Positions 1 to 12,230 of a stretch of DNA of 64,000 nt are shown in pieces. The notes beneath the pieces are model-generated. The model ran no database searches. It saw nothing but the letters and a program-made list of their open reading frames with translations, and was not told the DNA's origin. Position numbers and translations under genes: made by a program. The stretch's first letter is position 1. Each line of letters starts with the position of its first letter. The stretch comes from Octopus sinensis (lineage: Eukaryota): NCBI RefSeq assembly GCF_006345805.1, contig NC_043009.1, positions 50,902,001 to 50,966,000 on the forward strand. The letters run 5' to 3'.

Positions 1-33
1 ACAAGTAATGTACATGCGTGTGGGATGTGTCTG

Positions 34-73
<40 letters not shown>

Positions 74-89
74 ACACACACATACACAA

Positions 90-159
<70 letters not shown>

Positions 160-415
160 ATATATATATATATATAGGAGACCAAAAGTGTACGTACGCC
201 GCTATATGTATATATATATATATATATATATTAATTATAATAAAGGGTTAATTGCAACAAGTTGCTCAAAACCACATACCGAAAATATTAGAAATGGCAG
301 CCAAATAGGTCACCATTTCTCCTACTAGTAAAAAAGTCTCCACAAACAAACAGAATTTGCAACACGTATATGGTAAAGAGAAAGAAAATAACGAAATCCC
401 AGCCTATTTGGATTA

Positions 416-474
416 ATTATAGACGAAATCGTTTCTGAATTAGAACCAGAGGTTTATTTCCTTGTCAATATAAT
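416..474 (-). ncRNA. Type I hammerhead ribozyme candidate with U3-A8 core variant
   Basis: Minus strand reads ATTATA-TTGACAA-GGAAATAAACC(TCT)GGTTCTAATTCA-GAAA-CGATTTCG-TC-TATAAT. This gives a 6-bp stem I, a stem II hairpin, GAAA, a quasi-palindromic stem III and a GUC cleavage triplet. Confidence 0.6.
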
Positions 475-475
475 A

Positions 476-983
476 TCTATATATATAAAACTGTAGTTGT
501 GTGAGTGTCTGTCCCCTTCGATTTAGATTCCTAACTACTCCTACATTTTGCGGTGCAGTTTAACCAAATTCGGGTATCTTATAGTCGTGATTCATATCGA
601 GCCCGTCTGAGTATTAGCGCGCGTCTACGATGAGTCTACGATTTTAAAAATAATTTAACATCATTTTTTATTCCATTTTAATGCATAATTTTTCGTGTGT
701 CGATGGCGGCGGAGTTGGCGTCCATGGTCACACCTGCACCTGTTTGCTTCTCCCCCTTCTTCCCTCCTTCGCTGTGGGGAAGGGAGTGTAAGGAAATCAA
801 CGTCGTAAAGCGTTGTCAAGGAGACCAGCGTTCTTTTAGAACAACGACTTCATGGTTTGAAGACACCAAAACAGAAATGGCTAAGAAAACCTGAATTGGC
901 ATCTATAAGGGAAGTAACTCTCTAAAAATGCTTATATAGTTATTTCCCTTACAAACCCGAGCAACGCCGGGCGATACTGCTAG
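476..983 (+). mobile_element. Non-autonomous Helitron (508 bp)
   Basis: Starts TC (tctatatatataaaactg) after A475. Ends with hairpin cccg-agcaacgc-cggg then CTAG (980-983) followed by T, which is the A|T target and the canonical Helitron termini. Confidence 0.8.
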
Positions 984-1105
984 TTTCTTATAAATCTAGA
1001 AATGCTAGGGAAAAAAACTCACCCACTACACCGGCTCGATCAGGCGACATCGAACGATCTAATGGTCTGCCAGCATCTCTACATTTATATAGACAGGCGA
1101 ATTCG

Positions 1106-1138
<33 letters not shown>

Positions 1139-1689
1139 TATATATAAACAAAACAAAAAATGGAACAAGAACGTAACAAGCAACAGCAAAACATCCGGAC
1201 ATTGGTCTCCTGTATGCAAGTATATATATATATATATATTCTGTACGACTCTTTTACTTTTTCTTTTAGACCCTTTCACACTTTCTTCGTTCTTTCCACC
1301 TTTCTCGTTCCCCCCTCTCACATTTTTTGGCCTTCCCTTCATTATCATCACTTCCCCTCCCTTTTTACTTCCCTTGTACCTCACTCTGTCCCTTTCCTTT
1401 CTTTTTTCTCTTTCTCGTCCCTCTCTAATTCTCCAATCCCTCTACACTCTACCACTCTCCCTTCCTTCCACGTGACCGGTGTTCCGCCAAGCCTGACCTT
1501 TCTTTCTTGGTTCGGCTACCATCCGTGAAGCATTTCTTATATACCTTCCCATGACTGTCATCTCTTATGTTCCTGCCGTTAGGCTTCACTCCACAAACGC
1601 CAGCTTAATTTCATTCTTCCTTAGTCGAAAGACACCTGTTGTCTGTATTTGAAACTGTGTACCATTTCTCGTTTTTGTTTTTCGTCCTG

Positions 1690-1935
1690 TTTTCGTATAC
1701 ATTCGCTTGCTTTCTTCCAAAGAATCTTGTGCTCTTAGCTTAGATTTTTGGTGGGGCCGGCCAGATTGGCGCAGTCTCAAATGTAACCGGTCGAAACTGC
1801 AACGACGATCATGGAACTCGGCTGACGATAGATAGCTCCGAATGACCCATTCTTGTTTTTTCCTGTCCTTTTTTGTATCGTCTGTCTGAATGTTTTGTTG
1901 ATGCCTGTTATAGTTTTGTTTCATTTTTGTTTTGT
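1690..1935 (+). mobile_element. Short dispersed repeat, probable Penelope pseudo-LTR remnant (family X)
   Basis: Homologous to 7620-7760(-), 23165-23400(-) and 33630-33900(+). All share CTGANGA-N11-GAAT, a T-rich 3' part and an adjacent (TA)n tract. Confidence 0.45.
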
Positions 1936-1975
1936 TTTTATATATATATACATATATATATTGTTTTATTCCTTT

Positions 1976-2353
1976 TTTCTTTAACTTGCTTGAGTCATTA
2001 GACGGCACCCATGCTGGAGCACCGCCTTGAAGAACTTTTATTCTAATAAATCGAGCCTGGTACTTATACTAACGATATCTTTTTGTCGACCCACTAGGTT
2101 ACTGGGGCTTAGACAAACTAGCACCGGTTGTCAAGCGGCGCGGGGAGCGACAAACACAGATACGAACACAGACGCACACAACACACACACACACACACAC
2201 ACACAGAGGCATATATATACGACGGGCTTCTTTCAGTTTCTGTCTATCAAATCCAATCATAGGACTATAATGGAAGACACCCGCCCAAGTGTCACACAGT
2301 GTGACTGAACCCAGACCATTTAGTGGGGAAGCAAAATTCTTACCCCACAGCCA
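1976..2353 (-). mobile_element. tRNA-derived SINE, family B
   Basis: Same body as the full copy at 23957-24391 (gtagacggaaactgaaagaagcccgtcg, internal TG/TA microsatellite, ggtgctccagcatgg tail). Confidence 0.85.
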
Positions 2354-2645
2354 TATGTACGTATATATGTATGTATGTATGTTCAAATCCATGTCGTTTT
2401 TCATCTTTACAAGGATCACTATAATTAGAACCAGCTATATACTGGGGTCCACCATATTGACTGTACCCACTCCCTATCATTTCCCTTTGTTGCATTTGAA
2501 CGAAAAACTTAGAAACCATTATTCTCTGTCTTTTAGTCGAATAAATTGAACCTGGTTCTTATACTATCGATCTCTTTTTGCCGAACCACTAGCTTACTGG
2601 GACTTAAAAACGTGAGTTTAAGATTCAAACTAAAACTCTCTAAAC

Positions 2646-2825
2646 CAGTGTTCCTCAACCTTTTTTAATATCCAGGATTTGGATCAGTTCAGATCCAAAC
2701 CCTGGATTTTTTTTAGGAGCTGCACCGTAAAAAATAGAACACAAGTCTATTAAAGAAAACTTTATTGTATATATAGAGGTAAGACATATACACGCGGTCC
2801 TGGGAGCCGCGTTTAAAAATTGCTA
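2646..2825. mobile_element. Degenerate hAT (Charlie-like) MITE
   Basis: Left end CAGTGTTCCTCAACC, a degenerate right TIR, and imperfect 8-bp TSD ctctaaac/ttctaaat. Confidence 0.4.
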
Positions 2826-2834
2826 TTCTAAATG

Positions 2835-3300
2835 GTTATTCACCTTACTAGAAATAGCAGCAAAGCCATATCTCGCTCAATTAACATCTTAAAATCTTGA
2901 ACGAAATAAGGAGGTACAGTCATGGCTACACTACGTCGGGAAATAAGGTGGGATGGTCAGAACTGGAATACAATCAACCATATTTCTGCTTGATCAAAGC
3001 CGATTTAGAATTAATCTACAAGAACAACAACAATAGCAAATACAAAAATGAACCCGCAGAAGGGCCTGTACACACTTTGCTTGACTGGTTAGAAATAACA
3101 GCATAATCCCTCTCAAGTCACATCCTACTGAACGGGCATGTTACATAATGTAGTTCTAGGTTCACTGGTATCTGTGTAGAAGACAGAATAGGAATGGCTG
3201 GAACGGATTGAACACCATTTTTTTGCTCATAGGTATTTTCGATCAACACTGAACTAGGACTAAACAGCAGCAGTAGCAGTAGCAGCAGCAGCAGCAACAA
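2835..3300 (+). mobile_element. Degenerate SINE-like repeats, family D (CAG/CAA tail)
   Basis: ctagaaatagcag...gatggtc...gctggaa...gatc...ctaaacagcagc. Similar pieces at 27000-27172, 28000-28080 and 54610-54670. Confidence 0.5.
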
Positions 3301-3774
3301 AAAACAATGCATAATGGCATAAATACCTTAGCAGACATCGTACAAATTCTGCCACAACTGGATTGGTTACAGGAAAACTTAGGAGAACACTACTTGTTCT
3401 TTCAGACCGCCACCCCATATAAAAAAATTTAAAAAAAAAGAAACTTGGATAAATTTGAAAAGAAAAAAGGAAAAAGAGATTAAATATAGATAAGCAAAAA
3501 AAAAAAAAAAAATTAAGTCAATATATTTAAAAAGAAAAATAAAGTTTTTTTTTTTTTTTTTTCAAGACAGCTTGATTTGCAAATTTGGTCTCCAGGCGTG
3601 TTGTAAGTGAGAACGACATACGATGGTGAATAGCAGATGGATAGGTCCATTTTACAGACATGACAGACCAATGGAAAGATAACTCGTACAGTAAAACGTA
3701 CACATGACATACATACATATGCGCTCGAACGCACGTTCGCAGACAACTACATCCACATACACACGCACACACAC

Positions 3775-3843
<69 letters not shown>

Positions 3844-4267
3844 TATATATATGCATATATACCTATATGCACATATAAGTACGTATATGTGCATATATGT
3901 ATGCTTTTATGTTCATACACATATATGTATGTTTATATATGTATATATATATATACATATATATGTATATATATATATAGAGAGAGATAGGGGGAAAGAC
4001 GGAGGGAGGGAGGGACATATATCCACACATATAAACACACACATATACGTATTCACAAATGTATTCGCGCATAAACACGCACACGCATATGCTCGCATAT
4101 ATATGTTGTGTATATATGCATGTGTGTACGTGTGTGTGTGTATACGTGACTAGATGCAAATATTCACACACATACATACATACACACACACACACATATG
4201 TATTGTCGGATAGACCCAAATGTGTATACATATATTTATATACATACGTATATACAAATATACATAC

Positions 4268-4365
<98 letters not shown>

Positions 4366-4439
4366 GTATGTACGTATATATATATGTATATATATATATA
4401 TATATATTATATAATATGCATGTATGTATGTATCTATCC

Positions 4440-4546
<107 letters not shown>

Positions 4547-5865
4547 TGTATCTATGTATGTACGTATATCCTTCACATACACAAATAAACCAACGATCAG
4601 AGAAACCTCCTACTTTAGTTGTGATCCAGGGTAAAGTGAGTAATTTCACTTTACCCTTCACTGAAGAATTTCTCTCTGATGCAGAAGAAAATATCTTTCA
4701 TCGCCCCAGTTCTATTTTATTTTATTTTATTTTATTTCATTTTATTTCATTTTTTTTTTTTGCTTTACATTTTAGTTATTTATTTAGTTATTTATTTTGA
4801 ATTCTTTCTTTTCTTATTTTCTGGGTATCAGTCCCGAAAATTATAGACTCTCACTCAATCTCGTCATCGGTGGCGGAAAAGACAACAACAACAACAACAA
4901 CAAAAAGCTATGATAACAGCAGCAGCTGCAGCGGCAGCGGCAGCAGCAACAATAACACACACTCACACACACACAGACACACACAGGCACACACACACAC
5001 ACAAAAAAAAATAACAATAACAATAATAGCAACAACAGTTCCACCAAGAACCTCATATTCTCTCCACATGCCTTTATCTGTTTTTGCTTTTTCTCCTGGT
5101 AAGGCACAATAATGGTAAATACAATATCATCGTCAACAAAAGAAAGAAAAAAATCGAGGAAGCTTTGTTTACTCCCCCCCAAAAAAGAACAAAATAAATT
5201 AACAAATAAAAAAATATACAAACATGTATCTCTCTACCCTTCTTTTATATTATATTACCCCTTAAAACACACAAATAAATAAATCAATCAAAAAATAACC
5301 AAACGGAAAATATAACGTATAAAATAATGCTAATCTTCCGTTCCCCACTTTTTTTTAAGCTTTTTTTTTGTTAACCCCTTAAAACAAAAAAATAAATAAA
5401 CATTTAAAACTAATGTAATGCTAATCTTCCTCTCGTTTTTAGTTTTGCTTCCTTTTTGTTAACCCCTTAAAAAAGAAATAATAAAAATAAATGTTAACTC
5501 CATCCCACCCCAAACCATTCCCAACCTTTTGTTTAAGGTGGATGTGTGGGGTTCCATGTATTCCTTTCCCTCATCCACCCCCTGTTAATTTATCTTCTTT
5601 TTTAATATTTTTTTTTTTTTCATGGAGAAGAAATTCAACTTCTCTCTCAACAATGCCAGACATTGCTTGGCTTAGCTTGGTTTGGCATGTATTGGCCTCT
5701 TTAAGGTCATAAAACAAGAAATCATGTTTAGACTGATAGATTATTAGTGTCTTAAACTTCGTAACGTTATATAATCATAAACAAATGTGTTTTGTTCTTA
5801 AAGATACATAATATTTTGTTAGTGTTGGACCCTAGAACACTATCTTTATAAATAAACAAGGCCCG

Positions 5866-6958
5866 AAATTTTGGGGGAGGGGACCAGTCGATTAGATCGA
5901 CCCCAGAACGCAAATGGTACTTAATTTATCGACCCCGAAAGGATGAAAGGCAAAGTCGACCTCGGCGGAATTTCAACTCAGAATGTAAAGGCAGACGAAA
6001 TACCTATTTCTTTACTACCCACAGAAGGGACAAACAAAGACAGACAAACGGATTAAGTCGATTACATCGACCCCATGGGTCGTAACTGGTACTTAATTTA
6101 TCGACCCCGAAAGGATGAAAGGCAAAGTCGACCTCGGCGGAATTTCACTCAGAATGTAAAGGCAGACGAAATACCTATTTCATTACTACCCCACAGGGGC
6201 TAAACACAGAAGGGACAAACAAAGACAGACAAACGGATTAAGTCGATTACATCGACCCCAGTGCGTAACTGGTACTTAATTTATCGACCCCGAAAGGATG
6301 AAAGGCAAAGTCGACCTCGGCGGAATTTCAACTCAGAATGTAAAGGCAGACGAAATACCTATTTCTTTACTACCCACAAGGGGCTAAACACAGAAGGGAC
6401 AAACAAAGACAGACAAACGGATTAAGTCGATTACATCGACCCCAGTGCGTAACTGGTACTTAATTTATCGACCCCGAAAGGATGAAAGGCAAAGTCGACC
6501 TCGGCGGAATTTCAACTCAGAATGTAAAGGCAGACGAAATACCTATTTCTTTACTACCCACAAGGGGCTAAACACAGAAGGGACAAACAAAGACAGACAA
6601 ACGGATTAAGTCGATTACATCGACCCCAGAACGCAATTGGTACTTAATTTATCGACCCCGAAAGGATGAAAGGCAAAGTCGACCTCGGCGGAATTTCAAC
6701 TCAGAATGTAAAGGCAGACGAAATACCTATTTCATTACTACCCACAAGGGGCTAAACACAGAAGGGACAAACAAAGACAGACAAACGGATTAAGTCGATT
6801 ACATCGACCCCAGTGCGTAACTGGTACTTAATTTATCGACCCCGAAAGGATGAAAGGCAAAGTCGACCTCGGCGGAATTTTAACTCACAACGTAACGACA
6901 GACGAAATACGGCTACGCATTTCGCCCGGCGTGCGAACGGTTCTGCCAGCTCGCTAAC
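5866..6958 (-). mobile_element. Family A SINE with internal tandem array of about 6 body units, period 184 bp
   Basis: gattaagtcgattacatcgacccc recurs at 6051, 6236, 6420, 6604 and 6788, with a variant near 5887. There is one head near 6958 (gagctggcagaaccgttcgcacgccgggcg) and one tail at 5866. Confidence 0.9.
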
Positions 6959-7274
6959 TTACTATCTTTATAACTATTGATATAGAAATCATATAATCCT
7001 ACATGTTATTTTTTTCTTTCCCTCTCATTTTCTTTTAACGAAGTTCTTTGTTTATTTGAGTTTCGCACCACCACCTTTCACTCATGGAAATGGGTGTTGA
7101 GAAAAGGCTTGGATTGGAAGAACCGTTCGAGAGACGATCAAAGATGCCTTCCAAAATGCAGTATATCATGTGACATTTTGTAAATTGAAATCTTCGTCGA
7201 GGTCAGTTTTTGCTCTTCACTCCTTCCGAGTACTGACGTCGATGCCAATCGATTAATCCTTGTCAGATTTGGTG

Positions 7275-7317
7275 CCTATGCTGATGAGGTTTAAACACTA
7301 CGAAACTAGTCTGGAAT
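7275..7317 (+). ncRNA. Hammerhead-like motif with intact core and weak stems I/II
   Basis: CTGATGA(7281)-ggtttaaacactac-GAAA-CTAG-TC. Stem III is the perfect palindrome ACTAGT with a GUC triplet, but stem I has only two wobble pairs. Confidence 0.4.
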
Positions 7318-8153
7318 TGTCAGCATACTGCTAAGGATCAGACTCACTCAAGGCTGCAGTTTATATCTAATTTTAATTAAATATAGCGTTTTTTTTTAAA
7401 CCAAACCTAGATTTTAGTAACTGATTCATCTCATTACTTAAATATTTTAATCAATTGGAATGTTTTATCAACTACATCAAGCATACTATTGCCTATTTAC
7501 AATTAAATTTAGCTGCAGCAGTCTTCTTCAAGTGTTTTAAGAGTATGTATATGTATATGTCTGCGTACACATACACACACTTATATGTATATGCATATAA
7601 ATATATGTGTATATGTATATATATATATGTAAAAAAATACAAACTGAGACAAGAACGCAAAACATTTAGAAGACGATACAAAAAACCCGGACGGGATATT
7701 CGAAACCTTCAATCTTCAGTCAAGAACCGGATCATCCTCGCAATTACGGCTGAATGTATATGTGTGTGTGTGTGTGTGTGTGTGAATATATATATATATG
7801 TGTATTCTTAAATCTGTTATATATATACATACATATATAAAATACAGTTAAGAATGAGTATGCTTAGACAGCTATTTAATGTACACTACACATTTAACCT
7901 GTTGTTTAATTTAAATCCTTTGTATATGTGGATCTATTTTGTATCGAAACTGGTGTTTATTGAATAGCTGTCTAAAAGTGCACATTCTTGACTCTATTTA
8001 TTCAATTTAATTTTAATTTCACAAACGATGAATGCCTAAACCTAGACTTGGAAATATATCGTAATACTACCGGCTATTTAGTAATTCTAAGGGTGAACGA
8101 GCTCTACTTTGAACTCTAATACGTTCCTAACGGAATACACCTTAAGTTATATG

Positions 8154-8193
<40 letters not shown>

Positions 8194-8200
<7 letters not shown>

Positions 8201-8560
8201 TGTTGTGTCTGGGGAGAGTCATTCTCTTTTAGTGTCTTATTATTTAACACACTCACCGGTAAAATTTCCACTTATTTCTTATTTTTATTTTCTAAAATTT
8301 TCGTTGCGTCTTGCAACCTTTTCAATAGTCTTGACTATTGAAAAAGTTGCAAGACTCTTGAGTCAAGACTATTGAAAAGGTTGCAAGACGCAACGAAAAT
8401 TTTAGAAAATAAAAATAAGAAATAAGTGGAAATTTTACCGGTGAGTGTGTTAAATAATAAGGCACTAAAAGAGAATGACTCTCCCCAGACTCAACAGAAT
8501 ATGCTTCAACACACGAACTCATATAAAGAATCTTGCAAACCAAATCCAAAAACGAAATAT
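8194..8560. repeat. Fold-back inverted repeat with 143-bp arms; PLE pseudo-LTR-like
   Basis: 8194-8336 is the reverse complement of 8361-8502 with 2 mismatches and a 24-nt spacer. The right part is homologous to 48395-48506. Flanked on both sides by (TA)n. Confidence 0.9.
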
Positions 8561-8984
8561 ATATATATATATATATATATAGTGTTTATTTTTGTTGATC
8601 CAGAGAAACAGGTTACTTGATCGACTAAAATAAAGCTGCAATCAAATAAAGAACAAAACAATACGTCACAAAGAAAACTATAAAATATTTAAATGAATAA
8701 ATTATAAATTTCTTTGTTTTGGTTGAGAAGGTGAAGAATTAATGTATTCATGGTTTCTAGATTGAATGCTCCAAGGCGATGAGTTGGCGGAATTATTAAC
8801 CCGTCGGACAAAATGTTAATGGACATTTCTTCTGGTTCTTTACATTCTCAGTTCCAATTCCGCCGACGTCGACTTTACCTTTCATACTCTTGGGGTCGAT
8901 AAAATAAGCACCTATTGAGGACCGACATCGACCTAATCGACTTCGTATTCCCCTCAAAGTTCTTGTACTTGTTTCCAAATCACT

Positions 8985-9335
8985 TGATTCAGGGTGCCAC
9001 TGTGTGACATCTTGGGCAGGTGCCTTCTACTATATCCTCAGGCCAACCAAAGCCTTGTGAGTGGATTTGGTAGACGGAAACTGAAAGAAGCCTGTCGTAT
9101 ATATAAACGTATGTGTGTTTGTGCTTGTCCTACACCACTGCTTGGCAACAAGTGTTGGTGTGTTTACGTCCCTGTAACTTAGCGGTTCGGCATAAGAGAC
9201 CGATAGAATAAGTGCAGGACTTTTAAAAAAATAAGTACTGGGATCGATTCATTCAACTAAAATATCATTCTAGGCGGTGCTCCAGCATGGACGGATGGCT
9301 GTTGTCTAATGACTGAAACAGGGTAAAAAGAAAAA
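8985..9335 (+). mobile_element. Family B SINE, 5'-degenerate
   Basis: catcttgggcagg...ccaaagccttgtgagtggatttggtagacggaaactgaaagaagcc...ggtgctccagcatgg. Confidence 0.85.
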
Positions 9336-10088
9336 GTTTACAAAAAGATACGACATTACTTTTACAATTTTGCTCGAAAGCTTTTTATGAGGCAAAAAAA
9401 TCTAAGCTCAATGTTTCGACTGGAATGCACTGCAGACATTGTACTTTGCGGTATTTATTTACATTCCATCATATGTGGCTTCAGATCGACACCAATGTTA
9501 ACCTTGTTTTTCATCATTCTCTGATTGATAAAATAATATACCAATTAAGCAGTGGGATCGATAAAATCGATAAACTCACCTCCTAGTACGCCTTTGATTG
9601 CAGTATTAAAAAAAAAATTATTGGGTTTACAAGATTATTAAACCGTTTGTTAAAGTGCCTTGTGGTATTCATTCTGGTTCTTTACATTACTAGCTCAAAT
9701 CCCTCCGAAATCGACTGAGCATTTTACCCTTCCGGAGCCGATAAAATACAGTACGTCCGTTTCTTAAATGTTAGAGAGTATAATTATTGCTATTATTGTC
9801 AACAGAGTTTAAATCTGACATAGTCACAAATCCTCAGATTCTTAGGAAGTGACGTGTCTTAATGATTATATGACGTTCAAGCACGACTGGTCTGTCGCAC
9901 ACACTCTTGAACATTAACTATGTAAATTAAATTAAACTTAATTGCACACCAGAATCGAAAGAAGTTTGCTAAACGAGCTTTCACATGTAGCGTGTAGCAA
10001 TAATTTCTATACTTATTCCCGAGCTATTAGCTATGTATTACGGGGAAAATACCCTAGTTATGTAAATGTCAGTGTTAGAAATTTTAAT

Positions 10089-10233
10089 TAATTAATTTTT
10101 TTTAATATTATTCGCAGCAACAAAAATAAATCACACACACACACACACATACACATATATACATACAATTGTGTGTGTGTGTTTGTGTGTGATTTATTTT
10201 TGTTGCTGAGAATAATATTAAAAAAATTTAATT
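10089..10233. repeat. Fold-back with CA/TG microsatellite centre
   Basis: ttttttaatattattcgcagcaacaaaaataaatcacac pairs with gtgtgatttatttttgttgctgagaataatattaaaaaa (1 mismatch). Confidence 0.85.
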
Positions 10234-10364
10234 ATTTGTTCCGAGTATTTACGTTCTAAAGTCGAATCACACCGAGACCAACATTACCTTTCATCCTTTT
10301 GGAGTTGATAAAATAAAATACCAGTCAAGTACTGGAAGGTGGGGGATGTAATCAACGAACACCT

Positions 10365-10612
10365 AAGACAAGACAAGTCCCTTAATCCCTTGGGGGCCAT
10401 TGGGGCGTTGCCGTCATGCAGCGTAGTATGTAGGGTGAGAAATTCTGGCGGAGTCCATCCCTTTCCCGGCTAAACTCATTTCTACAGCTGAGTGAACTGA
10501 AGCAACATGAAGTGAAGTGTTTTGCTCAAGAACACAACGCATCGTCCGGTCCAGGAATCGAAACCACAATCTTTTGATCGTGAGTCCAGCATCCTAACCA
10601 ATAAGCCACTAC
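10365..10612 (-). mobile_element. tRNA-derived SINE, family C
   Basis: Minus strand has an A-box-like gtggcttattggttagg, a B-box ggtttcgattcc and gtgttcttgagcaaaacactt. Related to 56603-56951. Confidence 0.75.
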
Positions 10613-11500
10613 GACTGACACCATTCCTTACCTAAATAAATTACTGGTTTTGCACCCACCGAAATTGAAAACGAATATTATCGAGAATAATGGATTATCA
10701 GAATGCATGTGTTCGTGTTTGAACTTGTTCACGTCTTTACAGTGTGTATGTTGTACGGTGATCATTATTGAGAGTGGTGGATTAGTATAATCCTTACCGT
10801 TGGACAGAATACCGTGCAGCATTTATCCCGGGTCTTTACATTCTGAGTTCAAATCTATCGAAATCAACGATGTCTTCCATCCTTTCCGGCTTGATAAAAT
10901 AAAGTACCATGAAAAATATTTGGCTGTTATTTCTAACATCAGCTGGTACTTATTTTATCGAGATCGGATAGAAGAAATATAATTTGGCTTCGGAGATTAT
11001 TTTGAATTAACAGAACTCAAAGCCTGAAATTTGGTTGTGGATGGTTAGTCGATATAATCGACCAAAGTACATGACTAGTACTTTAGTTTATTGACCCCGC
11101 AAGGATAAAAGGTAAAGTTGAACTAGGTGCGATTCGAACTTAGAATGTAAAAGAGTTAATGAAACTATGACAACGCATTTCGTCCGACGCTTACTTCTAA
11201 TTTATCACCCATGTCTGTGATAATAATTACTGTTAATTTAGGCCAAGGGCCCAGAATTTTTCAGGGTAGAGGTTTAATCGATTACATCAACCCTATACTT
11301 GACCGGTACTTTGTTATGTCGATCCTGGGAAAATGAAAAGTTGAGGTGATTTCGGGGTGATTTGAAGAGAGCTGGAAGAAATACAGCGTGGAATTTTCCT
11401 GACGCTTTAACTATTCGGCCAACCCGAGCCCTTATCTGTCATAATAAAGCTTACTCATTGAATATTTGGTGGGTATCGATATACAGTCTGAGTCAACACG

Positions 11501-11733
11501 TTTCTTTACTACCCACAAGGGGCTAAACACAGAAGGGACAAACAAGGACAGACAAACGGATTAAGTCGATTACATCGACCCCAGTGCGTAACTGGTACTT
11601 TATTTATCGACCCCCGAAAAGATAAAAGGCAAAGTCGACCTCGGCGGAATTTGAACTCAGAACGTAACGGCAGACGAAATACGGCTACGCATTTCGCCCG
11701 ACGTGGTAACGTTTCTGCCAGCTCGCCGCCTTT
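11501..11733 (-). mobile_element. Family A SINE with 10-bp TSD
   Basis: Complete copy from the aaggcggcgagctggcagaa head to the gtagtaaagaaa tail. Flanked by AGTCAACACG at 11491-11500 and 11734-11743. Confidence 0.95.
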
Positions 11734-11786
11734 AGTCAACACGATATAAGATAGTCGCCGGACCTGTTAGAAAAAAGCACCCAAAA

Positions 11787-11933
11787 CGTGGCTGTGTGAT
11801 AAGAAGTTCTCAACCACATGACTCAGGATTCAGTCCCACTGCGTGGCATCTTGGGCAAGTGTCATCCGCTATAGCCTCAGGCCGACCAAAGCCATGTGAG
11901 TGGATTTGGTAGACAGAAACTGAAAGAATCCAG

Positions 11934-11983
<50 letters not shown>

Positions 11984-12230
11984 TGTGTGTTTGTGTGTGT
12001 GTGTTTGTGTGTTTGTGTGTGTGTGTGTGTGTTGTGTGAGTTTACCACCACCGCTTGACAAATGGAGTTGGTGTTTTTAAGTCCTTCGTAACTTGCGGTT
12101 CGGCAAAAGATAACGATAAAATAAGTACCACTCTTTAAAAATAAATAAGTATTGGGGTCAATTCGTTCGACTAAAATCCTTCAAGGTGGTGCCCCAGCAT
12201 GACCGCAGTCTAATGACTGCAACAAGTAGA
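11787..12230 (+). mobile_element. Family B SINE with (TG)n core
   Basis: gtggctgtgtg head, ggattcagtcccactgcgtggcatcttgggcaagtg, and the family B tail. Confidence 0.9.

Noticed and set aside
5866-6958. CRISPR-like interpretation of the regular array
   Set aside because: The context is eukaryotic, whole 184-bp units are repeated with no unique spacers, and the unit is SINE-derived.
7864-7975. ~16-bp inverted repeats (ttagacagctatt/aatagctgtctaa) around 80 bp
   Set aside because: No TSD and no second copy in the window, so it cannot be called a MITE or RNA.
9575-9620. Minus-strand GGAG|GTGAGT donor-like site with a possible 12-nt microexon
   Set aside because: The acceptor is weak and there are no neighbouring exons to give it context.
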